From positions 1-38,694 of the IMG/VR virus record IMGVR_UViG_3300033434_000388: 38,694 nucleotides of DNA. The stretch is one strand, 5' to 3'. The stretch is from a virus (Duplodnaviria > Caudoviricetes). A program made the position numbers and the translations under genes. The notes beneath the pieces were generated by a model. That model ran no database searches. It saw only the letters and a list, made by a program, of their open reading frames with translations, and had not been told where the DNA came from. How positions within the stretch are numbered: the first letter of the stretch is position 1; every line of letters begins with the position of its first letter. This document shows, piece by piece, positions 26,753 to 35,726 of this stretch.

Positions 26753-28204
26753 ATGGCTAGCCAGAGCTATTTTCACGGCGTGACGCTTTCCGAAAGTTCG
26801 GAAGACGCAGCGCTCCAGCGTGTCGCCGACTGGGGCGTCACCTTCTACAACGGCACGGCACCGGATGCCGACGAGGCTCAGTTCCCGCTCAACACGCCAA
26901 CGGTGGTGACATCGCTTACCAATGCCGCCGGTTTGGGCACTGCCGGCAGCTTGCTGGACGACCTGACTACGCATTTTGGCGAAGGTGGCACCACCGTTGT
27001 GGTCAACCGTGTCGACGAAGGCGCCAGCGCCACGGAGACCGCTGCCAACCTCCTGGGCAACGCGGTGGCGCGGACAGGCATCTATTCTGCGCTGCGCACC
27101 AAGGCGCTGACCGGCCTCGCTCCGCGGGTTGTCGTCACGGCCGGTGATACTGGCAGCTGGATCGACGATGGCGTAGTCTCGATCAGCGTGACCAATGGCG
27201 GCGCCGGCTATAGCGTGCCGCCGACGGTGGCCATTGCCAGAGCGGCAGGTGACACTACTGGCATTGGCGCAACCGCCGAGGCGACTGTTGAGAATGGTGC
27301 CGTCACCGCCGTCACGGTGACGAATGCTGGTGAGGGCTACTCGTTGGCACCAGTTGTCACCATCACCCGCGCTGCCGGCGATACCACCGGTGCCGGCACT
27401 GTCGCCGTGGCGAACATTGGCGACGTTGCCAACAGCTTTATCTCGGCACTCAACACCGTCTGTCCGAAGATCCGCGCCCGCGCCTACATTCACGGCCCGA
27501 ACACCACCAACGTAGAGGCGGTCCGGTTTCGGAACACCATCAATTCCGATCGCATTCTCATCATCGATCCCAAGTCACTCAAGAATGTCAACGACGTGCC
27601 GATGGTCCGTCCGATGGCGCCGGTGTTCGCGGGCGTTCGAGCGCGCGTGGTGGCCAGTGACGAGGGAGTGTCCGGTTCGGTCTCCAACAAGCTGATCCGG
27701 ACCATCGACGGCGTCGCCCGCACCATCGCCTATCCCGATGACTCCAACTATCTCAACGGCAACCAGATCGCGACGGTCATCAACGAGCGCGGTGGACTGC
27801 GCACCTGGGGTTCGCGGCTTGCGACCGACAAAAGCCTTTGGGCATTCGACAGCGTCCGCGCCACGGCCGACATGGTCAACGAGGGCCTCGAAGACATCTA
27901 TTTCAACTGGGTCGACAAGAAGTTCACAGCCGGGAACCTCAAGATGATGCTTGAGGACGGCAATGCGCTGTTGCGCGACTACAAGCTCAACAACGACATC
28001 CTGGGCGGCCGTGTCTGGCTGGCTGCACAGAACACGCCGACACTCAACGCGGCTGGCAACGTCTACCTTGGGGTGGAGTTCGAGCCGGTCGGCCTGATGG
28101 AGCAGATCCGCCTGACCACCCATCGCAACATTCTCTACTACACGCTGCTTCTCGATAGCGTCGCCGGTGCGATCGAGAACGGCCCGCTGACGCTCGCCGC
28201 CTGA
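26753..28204 (+). CDS. Contractile tail sheath protein (P2 FI-like) with duplicated insert
   Basis: YFHGV start, FPLNTP, SVSNK.I, NYLN, GLRTWGSR; AGGAG RBS. Confidence 0.93.
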   Translation: MASQSYFHGVTLSESSEDAALQRVADWGVTFYNGTAPDADEAQFPLNTPTVVTSLTNAAGLGTAGSLLDDLTTHFGEGGTTVVVNRVDEGASATETAANLLGNAVARTGIYSALRTKALTGLAPRVVVTAGDTGSWIDDGVVSISVTNGGAGYSVPPTVAIARAAGDTTGIGATAEATVENGAVTAVTVTNAGEGYSLAPVVTITRAAGDTTGAGTVAVANIGDVANSFISALNTVCPKIRARAYIHGPNTTNVEAVRFRNTINSDRILIIDPKSLKNVNDVPMVRPMAPVFAGVRARVVASDEGVSGSVSNKLIRTIDGVARTIAYPDDSNYLNGNQIATVINERGGLRTWGSRLATDKSLWAFDSVRATADMVNEGLEDIYFNWVDKKFTAGNLKMMLEDGNALLRDYKLNNDILGGRVWLAAQNTPTLNAAGNVYLGVEFEPVGLMEQIRLTTHRNILYYTLLLDSVAGAIENGPLTLAA

Positions 28205-28215
28205 GGAGGCCCAAC

Positions 28216-28722
28216 ATGAGCAACCTTCCGTCCTTTCTTCTCCGCAACTGCATGCTCTGGGCCGACAAGGAATCGAAGATCGGCCAGATCGGCGACATCA
28301 CCATCCCCGTGCCGACGGAGAAGATGGAAGAGATGCGAAACGCCGGCATGGTGAAGCCGCGCGAGGTATCGCTCGGCTACGAGAAGCTGGAATTCGGCTT
28401 CAAGATGCCCGGCTTCGACCCGCAGATCATGAAGCTGTTCGGCCTCGCCCCCGGCACCGAGAAGCAATTCCTGGTGACCGGCGCTCTCGCAGACGAGGAC
28501 GGCACGATGCACAGCGCCGTGCTCACCATGTACGGCCGCCTCAAGACCGCCAATGGCGGCACTTGGAAGCCAGGCGAGGTGAGCGAAAACGACCTTCAGT
28601 GTTCGGTCAATCGCTACAAGCTCGAGGTGGACGGCGATCCCATCCTCGAGATCGACGACTTCGACGTGATCGTCGGCGGCACGAGCACGGAAAGCTCGGT
28701 TCGCAGCGCTCTGCTGCTCTGA
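28216..28722 (+). CDS. Tail tube protein (P2 FII-like)
   Basis: EEMRNAGM, GTWKPGE, YKLEVDG..ILEID. Confidence 0.93.
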   Translation: MSNLPSFLLRNCMLWADKESKIGQIGDITIPVPTEKMEEMRNAGMVKPREVSLGYEKLEFGFKMPGFDPQIMKLFGLAPGTEKQFLVTGALADEDGTMHSAVLTMYGRLKTANGGTWKPGEVSENDLQCSVNRYKLEVDGDPILEIDDFDVIVGGTSTESSVRSALLL

Positions 28723-28733
28723 AAGGAAAGACT

Positions 28734-29009
28734 ATGACTAGCATCCCGTACACGCTAAAGCGCCCGATCAAGATCGCCCAGGGTGAAAGCGAAGAGCTGA
28801 TCACACAGCTCGAAATCAACGACGATCCCGATTGCGGCGACCTCGCCGCCACGGACGCCGTCGAAGGCGATTTCCATAAAACGATTGCCCTGATCGCTGC
28901 GCTTGCGGGCATTCCCTACACCACGGCGAAGAAGATCAAACCGGTGGATTTCAATGCCCTCAATGAGATCGTGACGCCGATCGTGAAAGGCACATCGGGA
29001 AACGCCTGA
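28734..29009 (+). CDS. Tail assembly chaperone (P2 gpE-like)
   Basis: YTLKRPI...LIAALAGIP...IKPVDF; position between tube and tape measure. Confidence 0.85.
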   Translation: MTSIPYTLKRPIKIAQGESEELITQLEINDDPDCGDLAATDAVEGDFHKTIALIAALAGIPYTTAKKIKPVDFNALNEIVTPIVKGTSGNA

Positions 29010-29152
29010 GCGGGTGGACTGAAAAAATCGTGCTGATCGCGGCGGAGTGCTCGACCCCCATTCCAGAGGTCGAGCGCTTCGCGGTCAGCAAGGCCACCCG
29101 CTATTTCGACGCTGCCTGCCGGCTGGTTGAGGCGAAGCGCCAGGCGCACTAA
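28997..29152 (+). CDS. -1 frameshift extension of the tail chaperone (E+E'/GT-like)
   Basis: Slippery G GGA AAC at 28997-29003; -1 frame reads RLSGWTEKIVLIAAECSTPIPEVERFAVSKATRYFDAACRLVEAKRQAH* to TAA 29150-29152. Confidence 0.8.
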   Translation, partial: GKRLSGWTEKIVLIAAECSTPIPEVERFAVSKATRYFDAACRLVEAKRQAH

Positions 29153-29506
29153 CTAGTGCGTGAAGCCGTAGGACTTAGCGACACGGCCAACTTGGCGACA
29201 GTGAGCCGTTTTCTGAGACGCACTCATTTGTTTGAGCTCGTATTCTGAACCGCCGGTGAGTAACGCCAGAGTGCCGGTGAACTCCATGTCGTTCGCCTCG
29301 ACATTCTTGTCGATAAAGGCCTCGATAGCCGCCTGGTCGTAGGAAAAGCCGCATGCTTCTTCCGCGGCTAGGACCTGGCCAAGAGCGTGCGCTACATCGG
29401 TACTATCCTTCGCGGCAGCCGCTCCGACGCTCGCTGAAAAGACACCGATCCAAGCAATGACCGCAAACGGCTTTATGTGGCGTGATGCCGGCGCGTTCAT
29501 AAACAT
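29153..29506 (-). CDS. Secreted/periplasmic hypothetical protein (moron)
   Basis: Signal peptide ending AAAA-K; two Cys; opposite strand to tail genes. Confidence 0.8.
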   Translation of the reverse strand: MFMNAPASRHIKPFAVIAWIGVFSASVGAAAAKDSTDVAHALGQVLAAEEACGFSYDQAAIEAFIDKNVEANDMEFTGTLALLTGGSEYELKQMSASQKTAHCRQVGRVAKSYGFTH

Positions 29507-29539
29507 GGTTCGCCCTTTCGAAAAGCAACTTCTGATCGA

Positions 29540-29567
29540 ACGATAGCATCCGCCCTTTTGCCGTCAA
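29540..29567 (-). promoter_or_regulatory. Candidate sigma70 promoter of the moron
   Basis: Minus strand TTGACG-N16-TATCGT. Confidence 0.45.
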
Positions 29568-29597
29568 GGCAGCGAAAGGGAGGCAAAAGGACGTCGA

Positions 29598-31982
29598 ATG
29601 AAGCTCGCATCGACACTCGTCGTTAGCCTTCTGGACAAGTTCACCGGCCCCTCGGGCATGGTCGGGCGCGCCATGAAGAGCCTTGCCGGCGCATCGCGAT
29701 CACTCGACACCTCGCTTGCGTCCTCGCGGACAAAGCTCGCCGGCTATCACAGCAACATGCTCGGAGTGGCGGCTGCGGGCTACGCGGCGGCACGCGCACT
29801 GGCGGCACCGGTCAAGGCAGCCATGGATTTCGAAAGCGCCATGGCCGACGTGAAAAAGGTGGTGAATTTCGAGACGCCGGGGTCGTTCCTGAAGTTCAAG
29901 GCCGACGTGCTGATGATGTCGACGCGCATTCCGATGGCGGCCGATGCCCTCACGAAGATCGTCGCCGCCGCCGGCCAGTCCGGCATTGCCAACAAGGATC
30001 TTCTGAAGTTCACCGAGCTCGCCGCCAAGGTGGGCGTCGCCTTCGACATTTCGGCCGATACGGCCGGCGACAGCCTCGCCAAGATGATGACGGCGTTGAG
30101 CCTCTCGGTCGATGATGTTGGCAAGTTGGCAGATGCCATGAATTATCTATCGAACAGCCAGGCATCGTCTGCAGCCGATATCCTGGAGTTTTTCCGCCGT
30201 ACCGGTTCGGATGGCAAGATGTTCGGCTTCACGGCCGTGCAGACCTCGGCCTTCGGTTCGGCGATGCTGTCGGCCGGCGCCGAAGCGGAGGTGGCGGCGA
30301 CCAGCTTCCGCAACATGGGCAAGGCGCTTGCCAAGGGCGGCGCGGCGACGAAGGCGCAGCGGACCGCCTTCAAAGCGCTCGGCCTCGACGCGACCAAAGT
30401 CGCGAAGGCAATGCAGAAGGATGCTGTCGGCACCACCGTCAATGTGCTCGAAGCGATCAACAAGCTGCCGAAGTATCAGCAGTCGGCCGTCGCCTCTCAG
30501 TTGTTCGGCGACGAAGCACGCGCGCTGATGCCGCTCATCTCCAACCTCGACCTTCTCAAGAAGTCGCTAGGGATGGTGGCGAGCGAGACGTCCTATGCCG
30601 GCTCGGCCAATGCCGAGTATGCTGCTAGGGCGGCAACCTTCGCCAACAAGCTGCAGCTGTTCCAGAACAAGATGAACGGCCTTGCCGTGACCGTCGGTGA
30701 CGCATTGATCCCGGCGCTTTCGGGGGCGATCGATACCATCGGCCCGCTGGTGGGTGTTCTCAGTGATTTCGTCGCCGCACACCCGGAACTCACCCGGAAT
30801 ATCGTACTCGCCAGCGCGGCTCTGGTCGGCTTCCGCATCGCAGCATTCGCGGCTGGGTATGCCGTGACCTCGCTTAAGGTCGCGGCTCTGGCCTCGGCAG
30901 TGGCTGTTCGCTCTGTTGGCCGGGCGGCGATCTTCGCCGGCACCATTGGACTGGCCCCCTTCGGACGCGCACTCTCGGGCTTGGCCGGTGTGGTGCAGAT
31001 CGCGGCGATGCGCTTCCGCTTCGGCGCCACTGCTCTTAGGTCTGGAGGCTCGGCTGCTGGCTTTCTTGCGGGCACGTTCGCGACGCTCGGCCGAAGCCTC
31101 GTCTCGGTTGGCGGCATCGCTATGCGCCTGGTCGGCTCCATGTTGGCGTTTTCTGGCATCGGTCTCGTCGCGGCAGCGGCCATCGCCGCCATCGCAGCGG
31201 CCGGCGTTTGGCTCTACAACAACCTTTCCGGCATCGTAACCTTCCTCGGGTCGTTCGGAGAAGCTTTCATGGCCGCGCTCGGGCCGGCCAAGGGGGTAAT
31301 CCAGCCGGTCGTCGATGCCGCGGGCCGGCTTTATGACAAGGTGGCCAGCTGGCTCGGGCCGATCGATGCCAGTGGCGAGAAGTGGAAAGCCTGGGGCGAG
31401 CTCGCCGGCAAGGCCGTTGCCGGATGGGTCAACGCCGCGACCAGCTTCGTCACCAACACCATCGATCTCGTCACCGGGCTGCCGGACCGCGTCATGGCGT
31501 TGGCCGGGCGGATGTACGATGCCGGCGCCGCCCTCGTCACCGGTCTTTGGGATGGCCTCAAAGCGCAGATCGACGCCATGCTCGGCTGGTTCTCAGCCAA
31601 GATCGATGGCCTAGCGACGAGTGCTTCGTCGCTTGCCAATAAGATCTCGTTCGGAATGGTTGGCACGGCGGCGCCGGCAGCCACCTCGATGCCGGTAGCT
31701 GGCGCGCGCGCGGCTGGCGGCCCTGTTGAATTCGGGAAAATCTACAAGGTGGGCGAGCGCGGCACCGAACTGTTCACGCCAGGCGCCGATGGCACCATCA
31801 GCCCGAACAGCAGCTACCGACAAGCCACCAGTGGCGGCGGCGGGCGCACCATCCATGTCGGCGGCATCACCATCAATCTGGGCATGGTGAGCGATGGCCG
31901 ATCGATACGGGACGTTGCTGAGGACCTTGGCCAGCGCATCCGTGACGCCCTCGATGGCACCTTTGCTGACGGGACGGTCTAG
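29598..31982 (+). CDS. Tail tape measure protein (TP901 family core)
   Basis: AMDFESAMADVKKVV, LADAMNYLSN, QLFGDEA; Ala/Gly-rich; C-terminal ARAAGGPV..VGERGTELF. Confidence 0.95.
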   Translation: MKLASTLVVSLLDKFTGPSGMVGRAMKSLAGASRSLDTSLASSRTKLAGYHSNMLGVAAAGYAAARALAAPVKAAMDFESAMADVKKVVNFETPGSFLKFKADVLMMSTRIPMAADALTKIVAAAGQSGIANKDLLKFTELAAKVGVAFDISADTAGDSLAKMMTALSLSVDDVGKLADAMNYLSNSQASSAADILEFFRRTGSDGKMFGFTAVQTSAFGSAMLSAGAEAEVAATSFRNMGKALAKGGAATKAQRTAFKALGLDATKVAKAMQKDAVGTTVNVLEAINKLPKYQQSAVASQLFGDEARALMPLISNLDLLKKSLGMVASETSYAGSANAEYAARAATFANKLQLFQNKMNGLAVTVGDALIPALSGAIDTIGPLVGVLSDFVAAHPELTRNIVLASAALVGFRIAAFAAGYAVTSLKVAALASAVAVRSVGRAAIFAGTIGLAPFGRALSGLAGVVQIAAMRFRFGATALRSGGSAAGFLAGTFATLGRSLVSVGGIAMRLVGSMLAFSGIGLVAAAAIAAIAAAGVWLYNNLSGIVTFLGSFGEAFMAALGPAKGVIQPVVDAAGRLYDKVASWLGPIDASGEKWKAWGELAGKAVAGWVNAATSFVTNTIDLVTGLPDRVMALAGRMYDAGAALVTGLWDGLKAQIDAMLGWFSAKIDGLATSASSLANKISFGMVGTAAPAATSMPVAGARAAGGPVEFGKIYKVGERGTELFTPGADGTISPNSSYRQATSGGGGRTIHVGGITINLGMVSDGRSIRDVAEDLGQRIRDALDGTFADGTV

Positions 31983-32001
31983 CGCCCAGGGTGTGCCGAA
32001 C

Positions 32002-32385
32002 TCAGACCAGATCGTCGATTGCGACGCCGAGAGCGGCGGCTAGCTTCTTCATGGTGCCGATGCCGCCTTCTTTCTTGCCGGTCTCGATCTCCGACAGATA
32101 GGGCTGGCCGATACCCGCTTGGGCCGCCAGGGCGGAAATCGTCAAGCCGCGATGTTCGCGCCAGACCCGGACGGGGTTGTCACCGGAAAGCAAACGGCCG
32201 GCGATCTCGTCCGGCACAAGCTCTTCCTCGCCGGCCGCGAGCCGATGGCGGAAATCCGCAACGGCGGCCCGGTCCGCCGCATCCTCGGCGGTGGAAACGA
32301 GCCGCTCATAGTCCGCTTCGGGGATGACGACCATGCGCTCGCCGGAAGGGGTGGTGAGAAATTGCGCGTTCATGTCGAACCTCAT
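32002..32385 (-). CDS. XRE-family HTH antitoxin
   Basis: GERMVVIPEADYERL N-terminus; VRVWREHRGLTISALAAQAGIGQPYLSEIETGKK HTH; start 32385 (ATGA overlap with toxin) or 32373. Confidence 0.88.
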   Translation of the reverse strand: MRFDMNAQFLTTPSGERMVVIPEADYERLVSTAEDAADRAAVADFRHRLAAGEEELVPDEIAGRLLSGDNPVRVWREHRGLTISALAAQAGIGQPYLSEIETGKKEGGIGTMKKLAAALGVAIDDLV

Positions 32386-32636
32386 TCGTAGACGCCGCCA
32401 CGAGGGGCGATCTTGATGATGGCGATCACTTCGCCCTCTTCGGAAAACAGCACACGCCAGTCGCCAACGCGCAGCCGGAGGATGCCGGGCATACCGACCA
32501 GCGACTTGACATTGTTGGCAAGCGAGGCCGGGTCGGCGGCGTATTGGGCAATCTTCGCGCGGATGGTTGACACCGTGTTGGCGGGCATCCGCCGCAGGGT
32601 CTTCAACGCGTCCTTGCTGTAAGCGATCGTTTTCAT
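32382..32636 (-). CDS. RelE/ParE-family toxin
   Basis: IAYSKDALKTLRRM...VKSLVG...RLRVGDWRVLF...IAPRGGVY. Confidence 0.92.
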   Translation of the reverse strand: MKTIAYSKDALKTLRRMPANTVSTIRAKIAQYAADPASLANNVKSLVGMPGILRLRVGDWRVLFSEEGEVIAIIKIAPRGGVYE

Positions 32637-32685
32637 GAATTGAATATCGCAAATAGCGATGAACATGTCAATCGCTGTAAGCGAT
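32614..32685 (-). promoter_or_regulatory. TA promoter with palindromic operators
   Basis: ATCGC-N5-GCGAT at 32646-32660 and 32671-32685; partial third copy at 32614-32627; minus strand TTGACA-N17-GATATT. Confidence 0.75.
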
Positions 32686-32703
32686 ATTTTGCGAGGGGAA
32701 ACC

Positions 32704-33153
32704 ATGTCGGGACCAGTGGTGATGATGCTCGGCGGCTATGCCTTCGAGGCGCATGGCTTTGGCTTCGACGGGCTGCGCCGACAACTGGATACGCCCTGGG
32801 CAACGATCGAGGTGGCACAGGCTTTCGATGCGCAGCAATGGATTGGGCCGAAATCGGATCAAGTGACGATCAGCGGCGTGCTGTTCCCGGTCGCATACGG
32901 TGGACAGGCGTCGTTGAGCGGCCTGACAGCCTCGGCGCTATCCGGTGAAAAGCTGATGTTCGTCTCCGGAACAGCGGACGATGGACAGATCCATGGGTAT
33001 TTCACCATCCAAGGCATCGGCGAAGATCGCAGCTTCATCGACCGGAACGGTTCGCCGCGACGCAACGCTTATTCAATCGAACTCAAGCGCTACGGCGGAA
33101 GCCAGGCCACGATGCAAACGCTGATCGGTAGCCTGCTCAGCCTATTCGGGTGA
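32704..33153 (+). CDS. Tail protein (P2 gpU-like)
   Basis: MMLGGYAF, QWIGP...VTISGVLFP, YSIELKRY. Confidence 0.9.
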   Translation: MSGPVVMMLGGYAFEAHGFGFDGLRRQLDTPWATIEVAQAFDAQQWIGPKSDQVTISGVLFPVAYGGQASLSGLTASALSGEKLMFVSGTADDGQIHGYFTIQGIGEDRSFIDRNGSPRRNAYSIELKRYGGSQATMQTLIGSLLSLFG

Positions 33154-33157
33154 TGCC

Positions 33158-33373
33158 ATGACCAAAACTGTTCAATCACGGCAGGGCGACACCGTCGACC
33201 TTATCTGCTGGCGGCACTATGGCCGAACGTCCGGCGCGGCCGAAGCGGTATTTGGGGCCAACCCTGGCATTGCCGACGTCGGTGCCGTGCTCCCGTTCGG
33301 CACGACGGTGATCCTGCCCGATCTCGACCTGGCGAAAGAGACTGCCACCACAACAGTGAGCCTGTGGGACTGA
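33158..33373 (+). CDS. Tail protein X (LysM-like)
   Basis: QGDTVDLICWRHYG...ANPGIA...VSLWD. Confidence 0.93.
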   Translation: MTKTVQSRQGDTVDLICWRHYGRTSGAAEAVFGANPGIADVGAVLPFGTTVILPDLDLAKETATTTVSLWD

Positions 33374-33374
33374 C

Positions 33375-34400
33375 ATGCACCCTTACGTCAATCTCACGGT
33401 CGGCGGAAACCCGGTGGCCGGCGCCTTCTTCGAGCGATTGATCTCCATGGAGATTACCGATGTCGACGGCGCCAAATCCGACACTTTTCGTGCCGATCTG
33501 TTGGACGGCCCGCCCGTCTTCCTCGCCATGCCTCGGAAGGGTGCCGTGGTGGTGCCGATCATCGGCTATCGAGACACGGTTGGCAGTGAACGCAATTTCG
33601 GGCGCTACGTGATCGATGACGTGTCCGGCCGGTGCCTGCCGTACAGCCTGTCCATCTCGGGCAAGGCCGCCGACCTTAAGGCTGGTCCGCAGAAGACGCG
33701 GGTGGAGCGACACTGGGACAACAAGACTGTCAAAGAGATCGTCCAGGATGTCGCCGCCGACGCTGGCCTCGAGGCTCGCGTATCGGAGCGGATCGGTGCC
33801 TTTGTCTATCCCTGGATCGGCCAGCTCGATGAAGGCCCACTCCACTTTGTCGAGCGGTTGGCACGACGCCATGGCGGCCTGTTTTCGGTGAAGGATGGCA
33901 AGCTGATCCTCGCCGAAAAAGGGCAAGGCACAGCCGTGTCTGGCGCCGATCTTGGGACGCTTGTCATCACGCCATCGATGATCGTCAAAAACAGCTTCAG
34001 CTTTCAGGACGCGTCGCGCGGCGCCTACGCCAAGGTCGTTGCCTATTGGCAGAATGACGAGAAGGCGCGCCGCGTCGAGGTGGAAGTCGATGCAGATGCC
34101 TCGGCATCGGGAACGTATCGCATTGTCGAACCTTTCGGCAGCCTTGAGGAAGCCGAAGAGGCAGCGACGGCCAAGGCCGCCAGCCTCAAGGCTGGTGATA
34201 GCCAGGTGTCATTCGACATGGTCGGAGACACCGCTCTCCGGGCCGGCAGGAAGTTCATTCTGAAGGACGTGCGGCCAGGGCTGGACGGGCGTGTCTACGC
34301 GTTTTCGAGCGTGACCCACCGGTTCGGTAAGGATGGGTATACCTGCCCGGTGGAGGCGAAGATCGGAAGTGGCTCGACCGTATCATCCGACGGAGGATAA
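33375..34400 (+). CDS. Baseplate hub / late control protein D (P2 gpD-like)
   Basis: RLISMEITD, IGQLDEGPLHFVERLARRHG..FSVKDGKL, SSVTHRF. Confidence 0.92.
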   Translation: MHPYVNLTVGGNPVAGAFFERLISMEITDVDGAKSDTFRADLLDGPPVFLAMPRKGAVVVPIIGYRDTVGSERNFGRYVIDDVSGRCLPYSLSISGKAADLKAGPQKTRVERHWDNKTVKEIVQDVAADAGLEARVSERIGAFVYPWIGQLDEGPLHFVERLARRHGGLFSVKDGKLILAEKGQGTAVSGADLGTLVITPSMIVKNSFSFQDASRGAYAKVVAYWQNDEKARRVEVEVDADASASGTYRIVEPFGSLEEAEEAATAKAASLKAGDSQVSFDMVGDTALRAGRKFILKDVRPGLDGRVYAFSSVTHRFGKDGYTCPVEAKIGSGSTVSSDGG

Positions 34401-34511
34401 TCCGATGTCGTATTATGAAGCGGCAGCACAGAGTACATCAAGGGGTATGCTACGGCGCAGGAACCCAAGTACATGCCCTGGCGTCGTGAAGTATTTGTTT
34501 CTGAAATTTAA

Positions 34512-34709
34512 CTAATCTAAGTCGCTATACGGCTGTATATTTGAAGATCCTGCAACTTTATTCACTATTAGCCAACGCTCTAGTGAATACATATATTTAG
34601 CAACACGCATGGCGCTTTGATAAGATCTCCTTTTGTGAATTGAATAGACCGCTCGGGACGCGCCAGCTCGCCTAAGCCATTTTTTCCTTAAATCCGTTTC
34701 TTTATGCAT
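34512..34709 (-). CDS. Small basic orphan protein in AT-rich insert
   Basis: AGGAG 8 nt upstream of ATG; upstream TTGATT-N17-TACTGA; 65 aa. Confidence 0.45.
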   Translation of the reverse strand: MHKETDLRKKWLRRAGASRAVYSIHKRRSYQSAMRVAKYMYSLERWLIVNKVAGSSNIQPYSDLD

Positions 34710-34895
34710 AACAAACACTCCTGCCTTCGAATTTCCAGCCAGGATCAGTAGACTAGTTTAAAGTAAAAATCAATGGCTAATTTCTTTTCATGTTTGCAAT
34801 TGCACATTTGAAATATAATCACAAATTTATATTGGTATTCTGTTCTTGACTGTTTTATAGACGTCCGCAAATACATCAAGTATACGCGCTTTTCG

Positions 34896-34938
34896 CCGTG
34901 AAAGACCCTACACCGCTTCGATGGGGGGGCTTTCACGG
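34896..34938. repeat. Stem-loop at the right edge of the AT-rich insert
   Basis: CCGTGAAAG (34896-34904) / CTTTCACGG (34930-34938), extendable with G-U pairs. Confidence 0.6.
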
Positions 34939-34996
34939 TGAACGCTTAATGGACATGCCATAGCCCCCTGACTGCGGGCTTTATCATGAGGATTTT

Positions 34997-35230
34997 ATGA
35001 CCGTACATCTCGTTGCCGATTGGCGCCGGGTGCTTTCGCGCGCCTGGTCGATGCGGCTCGTCTATCTCGCCGCGGCCGTGCTGGTGCTGGCCGAGGTCGC
35101 CCAATGGGCGGTTGAGATCGCCTATTTGCCGCCGATCTGGAGCCTCGCTCTCCGGCTGGTCGGTGTCGCGCTGATGATCGCGGCCATCCCCGCCCGCGTG
35201 CTTCTGCAAAAGGAATTTCACGATGAGTAA
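34997..35230 (+). CDS. Holin-like two-TM membrane protein
   Basis: LVADWRRVLSRAWSMRL followed by two hydrophobic helices; directly upstream of lysozyme. Confidence 0.75.
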   Translation: MTVHLVADWRRVLSRAWSMRLVYLAAAVLVLAEVAQWAVEIAYLPPIWSLALRLVGVALMIAAIPARVLLQKEFHDE

Positions 35231-35726
35231 GAGGGCTAAGGCCGCTTTGGCGTCCGGTCTCGGCGCAGTAGCGCTCGCCTCCACCTACCTGATCGCGCCG
35301 TGGGAGGGAATGTCGACCGTTCCCTATCGCGACATCGTCGGCGTGCTGACGGTCTGTTACGGCGAAACCGAGCGCGTCAACCCCGGCCAGCGCTACACCG
35401 AAGCCCAGTGCGACGCCAAACTCAAGACGCGGGTCGGACCGGACTATTTCGAGCCGCTGCTCCGGTGCGTCGTTGGCTTTGACCGCGCCCCGGTGAGCCT
35501 GCAAGCCGCGGCAACTTCGGCGGCCTACAATGTCGGCGTTCGCTCGATTTGCAAATCGACAGCGGCACGGCTGATCGGCTCAGCCCGCTATACAGATGCT
35601 TGCCGCGCATTGACGGCTTTCAACCGAGCCGGCGGCAAGGTGGTGCAGGGTCTCGTCAATCGACGTACCGATGGTGATGCATCCCGAATGGGTGAGGAAG
35701 AGTTTTGCCTTGAGGGCCTGAAATGA
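35223..35726 (+). CDS. Endolysin, GH24 lysozyme with probable SAR domain
   Basis: E-x8-D-x5-T triad (WEGMSTVPYRDIVGVLTVCYGET), AYNVG, GLVNRR; Ala/Gly-rich weakly hydrophobic N-terminus. Confidence 0.94.
   Translation: MSKRAKAALASGLGAVALASTYLIAPWEGMSTVPYRDIVGVLTVCYGETERVNPGQRYTEAQCDAKLKTRVGPDYFEPLLRCVVGFDRAPVSLQAAATSAAYNVGVRSICKSTAARLIGSARYTDACRALTAFNRAGGKVVQGLVNRRTDGDASRMGEEEFCLEGLK

Noticed and set aside
32386-32652. 216-aa version of the antitoxin
   Set aside because: The extension overlaps the toxin in another frame and has no protein-like character
32659-32703. Upstream start for gpU at 32659
   Set aside because: Falls in the TA operator region; the ATG at 32704 has a GAGGGG RBS
34745-34936. 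63-aa minus-strand ORF in the AT-rich island
   Set aside because: No RBS, and it overlaps the stem-loop and the likely promoter of the 34512-34709 ORF
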